Assembly (NCBI RefSeq): GCF_009914755.1
Contig: NC_060926.1
Length of the DNA stretch: 64,000 nt
Source: the human T2T-CHM13v2.0 reference genome, Homo sapiens
Strand: one strand, 5' to 3'
Shown here in pieces: positions 26,818 to 41,300 of the stretch. The notes under the pieces are model-generated. The model did no database searches. It saw nothing but the letters and a program-made list of their open reading frames with translations, and had not been told where the DNA came from. The position numbers and the translations under genes were made by a program. Position 1 is the stretch's first letter. The number at the start of each line of letters is the position of its first letter.

Positions 26818-29044
26818 CAGAAATGTAGTTTGCAGACTCCCAGGCTCAGCATCACAAATCATAGTAGTGTCTATGTGAGCTGAGGGACCATAACTTGCTA
26901 ATTGGTACACCTCCTAAATACTTCTTCTGGATTACCTCTTGCCTTCTCAAGTAGGAGCTCTGCCCTGAACCAGAGTGATCTTCCCAAATCCCTTCAAAAT
27001 TTCTCATGGCTCTCAGAATAAGGGCAGAGATCCTTAACATGACCCACGGGCCTGTGTGATTTGACCCCTGAACATTTCCATCCTCATCCTGGACCTCAGT
27101 CTCCCTCTGTAGCCTGGCTGGCCTCCAGTCCTTGAGGATGTCACGTTCTCTTCTCCTTCAGGACTTCCATACATACTACTCCCTGTGCCTGAAATGTTCT
27201 TCCCCTCCTCTTTGCCTAGTTTAGTTCCATTTGTTGTTGAGATTTTAGCTCAAGAACAACGACTTCTTCAGGATGGCCTCCTTCATGCCTTAGATGGGGC
27301 GATGCCTCTCTATTAAATGTTTCCATGGCTTTTGCGCACTCTTCATGGTTTGTAATTGGATTGTTGTATTTGATATTTGTTTCCCCACTATTATGAGATA
27401 CATGAGTGTAGGAATAATGTCTGTTTTGTTCACCACTGTTTTCTCAGTGCCTACAAGGTGTGTGACATGTAGTAGGTACTCAACAAATATTTATCACGTG
27501 ACCGAAGAGCCAAACCAAATTATTTTGTAAGAGGAAGCGTTTATTACCATAATTTAGGATGCTGCTGTTGGTTGTAAGTACTGTCATTTTATTATGAAGA
27601 AAAGCAGTTGGTAAGGAGCACTCTGAAAACATGTCAGAGCCAAGACAGTGAGAGCAGCTGTATGCATTTATTTATTTAAACCTTTCTCAAAGTGTTCGTT
27701 GCTCCGGCTTCAATACTAACACAGATAGGTGTATCGTAGCAGAGTCCTGATTGTGCGCCACTCAGCCCGGGTCAGTCCGCTTTTACATGAAGTGAAATAA
27801 AATCTGTACGTCCTATATTTTCAAGGCCTCAGCAGCAGATCTGCCCATGAGTGCAGAAAACAGTGCCCCATGAGAACCAGAGCAAGTGGGCAGGCACAGC
27901 ACCATCCAAGTTCATTCTTAGAAAAGAAGTGTTTCTTCAGAGGAAGCGTAGTCTGCCCACCCTACAGACAACCTTTTACATTCTCAGAAGAGCAGTTCGC
28001 TTCCTGCTGTGACATTGTCTCAGGCATCTGTATTTATGATTAGGGTCTCTGCTCTACGAATAAAAGGCCTGCTCCAGTGATTTTCCGAGAACGACAGATT
28101 GGTCTGTACCAAAGGTTTGTTTGAGTCTCTGCCTCACAAGCCAGAAAAGTGCTTACAGTCTCGAAACGATGGTTCCAGTTTTTACCCTTCCCATCAATGC
28201 TTCAAAGATGTGAAGACCAAGTTACGGGCAGGGCTTATGCTTAAAGTACCATGAGTAACATCCCCCCAGCAGTGTCTGCAAGAAGAAAGTTTCTTACACA
28301 TGTGTTTATCCATTCAGTCATCCACCCATTTAGCTCTCATTTACGAGTGTTTACTATGTATGAAGTGTTGTTCCCGGCACTGGAGCTATTGAGTTGGCAG
28401 AGAAAGACAGATCACAGTTAACAAGATAATTTCAGGCAATGATAAGCGGCATGATGAAAATAGGGAGTGACTTGTGGCGCTACCGTTCGGATGCGTGATC
28501 ATTGATGTGATTGATAAGATGACATTTAAGCAGAAATCTGAATGGCCAGAAGGGACCCGTCTTACTAAGATACGGGGAAAGAACATTTCAGACAGAGGGG
28601 ACAAATTGTGCCAAAGCTCTGGAGTAGGGATGAATTTGGACAAGTGTGGCTGGGGTATAGGAAGCAAGGGATCTGGGAAGAGGAACCCAGTTCTGAGACA
28701 ATGCATAGAGGAGTGACCTACCTCTTTCATGCTCTGTACCATGTTGCCTTTTCTGTATGTAGGGGCGAATTGTATTTTGTTATGTCCATGCACAATTTCT
28801 GCTTAGGTTCAGTTGGAGCATTCAGTTGCTCTACTACGATACACCAACAGTTAAACTTCAAATATAGATTGGGAAAATGATACAGTGATGAGCTTATCCT
28901 TGGATATTTTATAAAGCAACTGCTACATTATATTCTTAGGGATGTTGGAAAATCAAATAAAATGTGGGGTCATATGTTTTGTTAGATAACACCCTCCCTA
29001 ACTTAGACTGAGTTGCCTCAAGTGTAAATGTTGTAAAAACCTAA

Positions 29045-29750
29045 ATAGCAATGAGATATCACTACATACCAATTATGGTGGCTAAGATAAAATATACTGA
29101 TATCAAGTGCTGGTGAAGAGTCAAAACAACCAGAGCTCTTAGACATTGCTGGTGGGAAAGCAAAAATGTTATAGCCACTTTGATGGTTTCTTATGAAGCT
29201 AGACATACACTTACCATAAGACCCAGCAATCCCACTTCTGCACATTTACCCTAGAGAAATGAAAACTTATGTTCACACAAAACTTGTACGTAAATATTTG
29301 TAAAAGCTCTATTCATAATCACCAAAACCAGAAGCAACTTAAATGCCCTTCAACAGCTGAATGGGTAAACTATGAGACATCCATCCAATGGAATACTACT
29401 CATCGGCAAAAAGGAAGAAACTACTGATGCGCATAACTTGGATGAATCTCAGAAGCATTATGCTGAGTGAAAGAAGCCCATATGAAAAGGCCGCATAGTA
29501 TATGATACCATTTATTTGGCATTCTCCAAAAGACAAAACTATAGTGATGGGGAAAGACATGGGGACAGTGGCTAGGGCTGGGAGCAAGTGTGACTAAAAA
29601 AGAATAGTATGAGAGAGGTTTCGGGAATGATGGAATTGTTCAGTATTCTGATAGTGATTGTTATACTAATCCATACATGTGTTAAATTTCATGGAACTGT
29701 AAACCCATTTTTAAAAGTCAATTTTGCTGTGTGTTAATTTAAAAATTAAA
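29045..29750 (+). mobile_element. L1M 3' region
   Basis: AATGAGATATCACTACATACC..., CCCAGCAATCCCACTTCT and ATTATGCTGAGTGAAAGAAGCC. Confidence 0.85.
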
Positions 29751-30901
29751 GCTAAAACCTAACAACAATCAAGAAATATATTGGTGTGTCTGAAGATAAA
29801 AAGGAACTGTTTAAACTGATAGTAAAGAAAAGCCTTAAATTTTTGGTTGTGATTTCTGCATGTAGTAAGTTGAATTTTTCCAAACTGAGGTTATCGCATT
29901 GAATATGAATTCAGAAAGTACTAATTACTCTGTCACCAAGAAATTCTAATCCATTAGTAGAATATAATCAGATTCACATAAATTAAAAAATAAAATATAG
30001 TCAAACTTCTTTGAGCAGTCCAATTGACTGACTGCCACATGCTATGAAATGAAGATAGTGCTGCAAGGAATGAAAAACAAGATATTGTCTTGGGCTCCTA
30101 AGGAGCATACAATCTCATAGGGAGGATAAGAGAAGGAGAAAAACAATAATAATACCAAACAATTGAGAAAAGTGATTACACAAACATGCTAAGAGAAGCT
30201 CACAGTATCTCTGCATGTGGAAAGGAAGGAGAGAAGTCATATCAGATTGAGGATCACAAGTCCAACTGCACTCTTGACTTACTGATCTGATCTTTTGCAG
30301 TCTGCTTTTGAGAGAAAGAGATAAACGAGGAGAAAACAAGTTAATTTCAGAAATTTTATTAAAAAGTAAAACAGGATTATTCATACATTGTATTGGAGTC
30401 CTTATGGAGGGAGTCCTTTTCCAGGGAAGATCGTTTTTCATGGAATACCTGATAGGCTTAAGCACACTTTGGGAAACGTTGTGCAGGGCTCAGAGAACTC
30501 TCAAAAGTGGTTTTCTGAAGGTTTGAATCCTGGTCTAGTGTCAGGAGATGGGGAGGAAGTTTGGGCTAATGCTGAGTATTGGTCCTTGTTAGAGTGAGGC
30601 TTCAGGAGAGGGAAAGGGCCGGTGGATTGCCAGCCCATAGACAGGAGAGAGGGTCCCAGAAAAGCCCATGCTCTTTGCCAACTTCCACTTCTGTTTTGGT
30701 ACATGGGCTGTAGGTTACTAATCCTCTGCTAGATTTCTACAACTCGTTTCATTGTTGGATAGCTCCAGTTATTAATACAAAGAGCATCTTTCTAAATTGC
30801 ACTCTGCCTCCCCTGTGGCTTCCACCCTGTGGGTCTCATTACAACCCCAGGGTCCTCACAGATGTCTGTTTCTTCCTATGTGACCATGAGTGAATAACCT
30901 A

Positions 30902-31272
<371 letters not shown>

Positions 31273-31674
31273 TGTTGTATTAATGAGATAATGGACATTA
31301 GTCATCTGGCATAGTGGCTGATACAGTAGACATTCAATACATTTGTATTTCCTCTCCCTCTCTAAATAACAGCCTTTCAAATAATAGTTATTAGGTATCC
31401 CTGTTTTATCGCTCTAAGCAAAGCTTTCCCTGTGCATGCATGCATTCATTCCATTATTCATTCATCCATCTATTGATTCTACAGTTACTTATTGAGCCTC
31501 TCCTGTGTGAAAGGCCCTGTGCTGGGCACTGAGGATACCGTGGGGATCAGAGCAGACAGTGCTCCTAATTCTAATCTCGTGGAGTCTGAAATCAAGTAAA
31601 TAGGTGATAATAGTTCAGTGCTGTAAGTACCCTGGGAAAAGAGGGAAAGAGAGAACTCTTCCAGGTTGGAGGGC

Positions 31675-32128
31675 ATATTAGTTTCTTGAGGCTGTTGTAA
31701 CCAATTACTACAAACTTGGTGGCTTAAAGCAACAAAAGTTTATTCTCTCAAGGTCCTGGAGGCTAGAAATCTGGCAGGACCACACTCCATTTGGGGACTC
31801 TAGGGGAGAATCAGTGCCTTGTTTCTTCCAGCTTCTGGTGGCTCCCCAGCATTTCTGAGTTTGTGGCTGCATCATTCCAGTCTCTGCCTCTGACTTCACA
31901 TCACCTTCTGCCTTGTATGTTTCTATATGATCTTCAATTTCCTCTTTTTTATAAGGACATTTATGATGGCATCTACGATCCACCCAAATAATCCAGGGTA
32001 ATCTTCTCATCTCAAGATCCTTAACTCAGTTACAACTGCAAAGACACTTTCTCCAAGTAAGGTAACATTTTCAAGTTCCAGGGATTAGGACATATCTCTG
32101 GGTAGCCATTATTCAACCTACTACCACT
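31675..32128 (-). mobile_element. MLT1C/D-like solo LTR
   Basis: ATTAGTTTC...GCTGTTGTAACCAATTACTACAAACTTGGTGGCTTAAA ... ATTCAACCTACTA. Confidence 0.8.
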
Positions 32129-33409
32129 ACAAGGGATAAGGATGAAAGAAGGCTTCCTGGGGGAACAGTGTATAAAATAGGACCTAAAAAATTAGGCAGA
32201 ATTTTGTCAGGAGGAGAAGCAGCAAGAGTGATAGAGAATATTCCAAGCAGAGAAATCAGTGTGTGGCAAAGGCCCTGAGTTGAGGGAGTGTGGTGAATCA
32301 GAGAATCTGCACGGAGTGTGGTTATGGCTGGAGCACATAGTAGGTGTGTGTGTTGATGCATGAGGGGAGGGCTGTGGGAGGAGAGACAGGAGGTGAGTCT
32401 GGAGAGAGAAAAGCACTGGCTAGATCTTGAGGGACTTTGATAGCTATGCTAAAGTGTTTGGATTCTATGCCAGATGTCATGGAGAGTCATGGAAGGGTTT
32501 TAAGAAGACATCTTACGTGCTCAGATTTGCACCAGCCTCTGGAGAAGAGGTGAGGGGACTCATAGGAGGCAAAGACATCAATCAGAGGGCTGCTGCGGCC
32601 ATTCTGGGGAGAGATGATGGCAGCCAGAGCTGGCTGATTTCTGCTTCTGCTAGAACATGATTCCAGCTCCATTGCGTTCCTTGTTACAGGGATCAGACCT
32701 CATTTCCCACTGCTATTACGGTTCCTACCCATGCTTGTCAATTAATGCGGTGATTGATTGGTCACAGGATTTATTATTTGGCTTCCAATAAGCCTTGGGT
32801 TTCCAAGTCTGACTGTGGAAAAGGAGCTTACTCAACTGAAACACTTTGTAAGTGACACTTCTCCATCCCCCTTCCTGTGGCAGCCCTTCCCAGCACAAAG
32901 CCACAGACCAGGGTGAGAGGCAGTGGTGGAGGGGCAGGAAGGTGGGAGGACAAATCAGTGAGACAAATGATAAAGGAGGTTCCCAGTATGCTTTCTGATC
33001 TTTCTGGACTTTTTTAATGGGCTAATTGAAGGAAAGGTTTAATTAACCGAACACACACATATCCAAAGCCTCTGTAAAATTGGAATTAGGTAGAATTTTA
33101 TCAGCGGACAAAATTTTCTCACAACCTGGGAGGTGTCCCTCTGTCACTGATTTGTCTCAAATGGTTGCTTGTTTTCAGAAGCAGCAGATGTGATAAGACC
33201 TGCATGTTTCTGACTGACTGTATATGTTGGCCTGTTCTATGGTTAAGAATCCGTAAGCATCAGGTCCTTTATTTTGCATCTCTGGGGTCTGGAAGCAGAT
33301 TTTTATATATTTCTCTCAAAATCGGGTCAGGGCTTCCAGAGGGTGGAGGGTTGCAAATAATGAAAAGGAGTGGAAATATGCCTATAGTATTCTGTAGCTT
33401 GACCAAATG

Positions 33410-33600
33410 GTGATTCTCACAGTGTGGTCTTCCCACCCTCTTGTGGATGAATCACTTAGGATCTTCTAAAAAATACAGTTTCCCATGATCCCCTTTAGTC
33501 AAATGAATTCAGATTTCCAGGGATGGAGCTCAGGAGTCTGAATTTTTAACAAGTTCTTCAGGAAACCAAAACGCTCATGAAAGCGTGAGATTAACTATTA
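33410..33600. mobile_element. MER5-like hAT element
   Basis: GAATCACTTAGG...AAAATACAG...GGAGTCTGAATTTTTAACAAGTTCTTCAGG. Confidence 0.6.
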
Positions 33601-36600
33601 GAGCTCACGGAAAAGGAGGGACAAATAAATGAACTATAAAAAGGAGGAAATGCCTCCAACCAGTGGGCTCAGACAGAAAAGGAATCAGTCATGTAAATTA
33701 TGGTACCTCCATGTCATAAAACACAGCAATCAAATACGGTAGATGGAAATATACTGACATGGAGATAATTCGACATGGAACTATGTCTGTCATATACTGT
33801 CAAGTGCAAAATAGTGTGTATGGGATAACTCCATTTTATATGTATATATGCATAGAAAAAACATCTTAAATTCATTCATCCAAAGAATATCCACTGAGTT
33901 ATCAGCTGTGAACAAGACAGCTAGGGTCCTTTGCTCATGGTTTAGTATGCATACATATACCATTGCTAACACATTATTTATGGGTATAGGAATTATCTTG
34001 TTTATATGAGTTTCTTAAAAATTTTCTGTACTTAACATGCATAGATTTTGTAATAAAAATAACAAAAAATGGATATAAATACTCTCCTCATGGATCCATT
34101 TGGTTTTATGAGTCACATTCCTTGCGGGTATATAACTTTGTAACAGAGTGCTTTTCTGCCCTCATCTTCTTTTACACTGGTTTCTTTTGATCATGATCTA
34201 ATCTTTCTTTTCTACATCCAAAGCATCAGTCTTATTCCACTATCTTTGTGTGAACGAAAATCAAAATCATTTAATTCATTACCCATATACTACGTATGGG
34301 CATATAAATACCTGCTTTCATAAGTTTTGTTCACAACCATCTTTCTTGTTGTCTTCTCTTGTAAACATTACGGGTAATGTCTTCCATTATGGTACTTTCT
34401 TCTAGTTCAGACTACATGGTGCACAGGTGAGTAATAATTCCTGGTAAAGAAAGTAGGAGTCAATGACAACACTTATCAGTTTGTTTTAGGTAGGTCTAGA
34501 GTCTGTGAGTACCCCCTGTGATTTTATGTTCGATTCTGATTAGTCCATCTTCCAGGACCAAACAAAACTGAATAGGAACTCAAGTCACTCAAGTAACTTA
34601 AATAAGGAGGTGCCTTGAACTCAACTGTACTTGCTGACGGAGGGGCTGTAGGGTGAAAGGAGAGAAGCAGGGATTTTGTTAGGCAGCCTTTCTGGCTTCC
34701 TTTTCTCTCCTGACCAGACTTTGCTTCAAGACTCTCTTCTCTTTTATAGATGTAATTCCACTCACCCTCATAACTTTATAAGTTGTAGGAAAAATGAGCA
34801 GGTGCAAATTCTTTTAAATTCAACTTTATTGGAGCCTGAGACCCAAGGAAGTCTCTTGGGCATATATTCAGTTACTCCAGATGATGCAAATCTAGAAATG
34901 AGAAGTATGTTTTCTTTCCTTTTTTTCCCCTCTTTTGGCTTAGCAAAGCCACAGAAACTCTAGGTTATTATGTTTTAAAATGTTTTTAACATATTTTCAG
35001 CTTACAAATGTTTTTATGTGATTTCCTCCAAGCAGATCCAATTCCTCATGCATTTTTAGGGTTAAAGTAATGGTCCACATTCAAGTACGTGACAAGACTT
35101 AGTTTTCTTCTGGACCAGTGTTAGAGCTTAGAACTGTGGAGAATAGAGGTGGTAAAAGGGATGAAGGCCTTCTCCTTGGGACTTCCCTTTTACACTCCAT
35201 GCTCTTTGTTAAGCTACTTTTACTCTGGGAATGAGAGAGAAAGAGCATTGCTGCACTGTCTGCTGGAGATGGCCGGGGTTGTATATATGTTCATGAAAGT
35301 TATAACTTCACTTCAGGTTGCTTTCACCTAAAGCTAAAAAGGCTGTGATATATGAATCTTAAAAATGGCATTCTATTATTGTTTAATCAATTTCAATCCC
35401 ATTGAAAGTCTCTTTTCCATGGACATCAGGAAACCATTTAAAGCCTCCTCTTAATGCACAGCAGAGGCTCAGCAAGTGCTGTCAACTCTAATACAATTTA
35501 GAAGTTACAGATTCATAAGAGCAGCTTTGAGTCTTAGCAGCATTCCTGCTAGCATCCTAGTAAAAGTAGGGCTGTGTGTCTAGATTAAAATGGAAAGTTC
35601 TGATTTGGCATCTATATGTTTTTCAATCTAACACTGTATATCTGCATTTAAAAAAACATTTTGGTGCCTGATTATTTGAGTTTTCATTGTGATTTTTTGA
35701 TACCTGCCTGGAACCTCCAAAACATGTGAACTCAGACTATTTAGGCTTTTAGGAAACCTTTTAGGCTTAGACCGTTTAACCTTTTAGGAGGGTTTTGTTG
35801 TTGCCTTATAGAAGCTAACATAAGATGGGTAGACACTTGAGTGTGCTGGTTGGCCAAAGAAAAGAAATGCAAAGCGGGCAGACAAAGAAAAAAAAAAAAA
35901 ACACATGAATGTAAAGCTATGCCACTTTTTTTCCCCTCTCATAGGTAATTCTGGAACACTTTATTTATTATATCTACTGTGTGCACACTTACTGTTCAAA
36001 ATCCTGATGGCATAACAATAAAACCAAGGTGGTTCCTGACTTTAAGGAATAGAATATGGGGAGAAGATCTGCAAATTAACAAGGGCAATGGAGTGTTGTT
36101 GATGTTGACAGAAGTAACTATAAGATCCAGTCATGGCAGAAGAGTGGTTGGTAATCTACCGGGGTGGAGATGAGGGAAAAGGAAGAGGGGAAAGACTGCA
36201 TGGAAAAAGTAGATCTTCATCAGGTTAATGAAAAACAGGGCAGCTCAGGCAGAAGGAGAAAATCAAAGTTTCAGAGAGCCTCGTAGGTTCACAGGATTGG
36301 TCTGACCAAAGAGCAGGGTGCAAGTGGTGGAAGATTCAAGAGGTGGACAGCAACCTCCAGAGAAACTGGGTCTTCATCCTGACCATTCTGTGGACTATTA
36401 TTAAACAGTCCTCAGGTCAGCACCTCAGGTCACTGTTGTTCTTTGGTCATTTAATGCTCAGTTTTATGACCCAAAATCAATGAATAAAAACAGAATAAAA
36501 CAATGAGAAAATTTTCACCTTTATTTAATTAGCAGATTTTTTTTTTAAAAGATAGGTATGTTAGAAAAGTTGCAAAATCTATAGGCTGCTGATGGGCATG

Positions 36601-36699
36601 TAAACTGATGCATTTTGCCTAATACTTTCTACATATATATCAAAAGCCATAACATTCTTTGACTCATGGTCCCGTTGCTGGAAATTAATCTTTTAAATA

Positions 36700-37146
<447 letters not shown>

Positions 37147-37189
37147 GAAAATTAATATTAAGATAAAACCTGGGACCAGTTTCTTTTTT

Positions 37190-37385
37190 AAAATTTTAAA
37201 ATTTTTAATTGTGATGGATACATACTAGTTTTACATAGTTAGGGGTACATGTGATATTTTGATAGAAGCATACAACATGTAATGATCAAATCAGAGTAAT
37301 TGGGATACTCATCACCTCAATAATTTATCATTTCTTTTTTAAGGAACATTCCAATTTCACTTTTAGTTATTTGGAAATACGGAAT
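37190..37385 (-). mobile_element. L1MA 3' end fragment
   Basis: GGGGTACATGTGATATTTTGATAG...TGTAATGATCAAATCAG signature. Confidence 0.8.
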
Positions 37386-37575
37386 TTCATTTCTTGCATA
37401 CACATAGGAACCATGAATGACTGTGGTACATACCCATGAAGCAGCGATTAGAAAAACTCTGTCTTGTTTGGGGAGGCTGCAAGGAAGCCTACTAAAGTCC
37501 ACGGGGTTTGAATTAGAACTCCCTGCACAGAGTAGGTAAGCCAAACCAAGGAAATCACATTAAAAGTAGTCTATT

Positions 37576-37933
<358 letters not shown>

Positions 37934-38071
37934 CTAGAAACTGCCTGATAAGAACATCTCCATACCCGAATGTCCTGGAATGTCAACAGTAAACAACTCC
38001 AGTAAGATGAGCTCACAGTAAAAAAGTCACAAACTTCCAGGCTTCCAGACCTCCAACTACAAGGAGCATAA

Positions 38072-38375
<304 letters not shown>

Positions 38376-41300
38376 GTTAAAAACTTTCAAGCTTGCCATG
38401 GGCTGTTCCTAGCCAATGACTGAATGAGTCAGGGATACTGAGGCAGCCCCTTCCTGGGAGATGCAGGACTCCGTGGATAGCTGTTTTTAGCATGATAATT
38501 CTCTGGAGGCTTTTCTGAACCTTCCTCTACTACGTGGCAGTTGGGGGTGGTTCCACCCAGCCTTCCTTCCGTCTCTCGATCAGGCCGATTCTTGCATAAC
38601 GGTCTGATGTCTCTCCCAGCCTTTTCCAGCTCCCTCCTCATTTTATCTCACAGACATTTCCCCTAATACAATCCTTGCATGTTTAATCCCATTTTGGCAC
38701 TTGTTTTTCAGAGGAAACAGGCTGTAAGCTGGGAATTTGGGACTGGCTTTTCCACCAAATAGCAGGTGAAAAGGACACAGTCTTGGCTAGCGGGCGACTA
38801 CAGATTGTCCCTGGCACAAATTGCTAAATGTTTCACCACTGGTGGCCTGTGAAAATGTTCAGGTGGAGGGTAGTAGTGAGTAAGGTGCAGTGATCCAAGA
38901 TATTAAAAAATATGGAGGGAATAATGCATACAGAGACAGTTGCTTTAATGCCCCACAAAAGGATGTTGGCAGACTAAGGAGTGGAGGCAGTTTATTGCTA
39001 AGTTTGTGAGCCAGAAAACCTCTGTGATCACCCTCAAAGTGGCCCAGATCCCCAGCAGTAGGATAGATGTAGCTGAGGGGCAGAATGAAGACTCAATTGT
39101 TAGAGTCACAGAGCTTCAGAGATGTTTGAATGCTCAACCAAAGCAGGTATATTATGCAAAGGTCAGGGACCTGGTGGGACCCTGTTGCAGAATACTGCAA
39201 CATGGGATGGGGACATCTGGATGGCACCCTGAGGATGTTCATTCTTCAACCCCCTCAGATCCTCTGGGCTTGCAGATGTGGCTCACCTTCCATAGTAAAG
39301 GCTAGCGGTTCTACAGTGCTGGAAGATGCTATAGAAATCTCACCCCTGTAAGAGGTGCCACTTCAGAATCTGCCCCCACCTCCTCTCTTGCCTGCCAAGC
39401 CAATAACTAGGATTGAGGTCATGCTGGGCCTGGTAAGTTAAGAAAGAGACTCTATGCCTAAGGAATTGCAATAGTTTGCCAGCATTAATTGGCAGAAGCC
39501 AGGGGAATACTCCTAGGATTTGATTTTGAGGGTGCTTGATCAAAGAAGCTAAAATGTAAGACTAGATAAGCAAGAATTCATTGACCTAAGGGCACTTTCT
39601 TGAGACCTGATATTTAACACCCTAGAAAAGTTGTTGGGTGATAGGGCAAACTTATTGCTGGGTGGCTCTTAGAAGCCTGGATAAAAAAATAGCCAACTCT
39701 CATGAAGTGGAAGTGCCTGAATTACCGTGGCAGATGGTAGACGAATAAAGGGACTGAAGAGGTAGAGACGCTGGAATGGATATATTATGTGAGACCAGAA
39801 GACCCACCAAGAGGAGGTTGATGTTCCATGACAGGGACCAGAGGGAAAATCATTCACTAGGGTTATAAGGAATATGCTGGTGAGAGGGGCACGAGCACCA
39901 CAGTGGTTTCCTCCTTTGCAGGTAAGGGATTATGGCAAGAGAGGTAGTCACAGAGTTGAGTTTGTTGACATCTATGAGGATGATGGAGCTCTGGGAAGCC
40001 AGGAGGCTGACTGTAAAAAGAAAAAAAAAATACAGGTAAAAGCAGAGGATCAGGAGACTGAGAACAACTGCTCTAATAAAAAGCCACAATCCTTTGTGCA
40101 GTTCCTGAACTTGAGCCAATTTTCAGATTTGTAACCCATTGACTGAAGAGGTGGCCTGGTACTAGGAGGAAAGACCCTTCAGCACTATGGCAAGAATATA
40201 CTGAGATAATTCCCTCAGTCCTTCCCCAAGGGACTTATGATCCCTTACACGGATGAGGAAGAGGGGAACAACCACTCATGTTTGGGATTAATGGACACAG
40301 GGTCTGAGCTGACATCAGTACTTGGAGACCTAAAGTGTCATCATGGCACCCCTTGTTAGAATGACAGCCTGTGGGGGTCATGTAATAGATAGAATCCTAA
40401 GAACCCATCCAGAGGTGGTTGTTTTCCCAGTCCCTAAATGTACAATTGGAGTTGATATATTTGGAAATTGTAGTAACCTCCACATAGGTTTCCTGGTCTG
40501 TAGAATATGAGCTATTAAAGTAGGCTAAATTGAAACTTTTCAAATTGTCCAACATCTTTCTCACTTCATTCAAGATAATAAATCCAAAATATCATATATT
40601 TTGGAGTGAGAGGATGGTGAAGATAAATGCCATCATTAAAGGTCTAGAGGATGCAGGGGTGGTGGTTCCTACTTTATCTCTATTTAATTCACCAATCTCG
40701 TTCCGTAGAAACTGAACAGATTCTGGTGGTCCTCTAGACTGCCATAGACTTAATCAAGCATCAGCCCAAAGAGCAGTTGCTATCCCAGATGTGGTATCAT
40801 TCCTAGAGCATTTTAATAAGGCCTCAGGTTCACGGTATGCAGACACTGATTTGGTGAATATGTTCTTTTACATTCCCATTAGAAAAGACGATCAGAAACA
40901 GTTTGCATTCATGTGGGAGGGACAACAATATTCATTTACAATTTTGTCTCAGGTCTATGTTTCTGCCACCCTCTGTGATGGTGAGTCTGAAGGAACTGGA
41001 CTGCCTGAACACCCCACAGAACATCACTCTGATCTATTACATTGACAACATCACTATGATTGGACAAGTTGAGCAAGAGGTGACTAGTGTGTGGTGTCTT
41101 GGGAAAACATATGTGCTCTAGTGGTTGGGAAGTTTCAGTGAAGACTTTTAGAGGTTCAGTAGTCATGCGCATGCTGGGATATCCCCTCCAAAGCAAAAGA
41201 AAAATTGCTGCATCTTATATCCCCTATCACAAATAAAACAACATCTGGTAGGACTCTTTGAGTTCTGGAGGCAACACATCCCACATCTAGGGATATTGCT

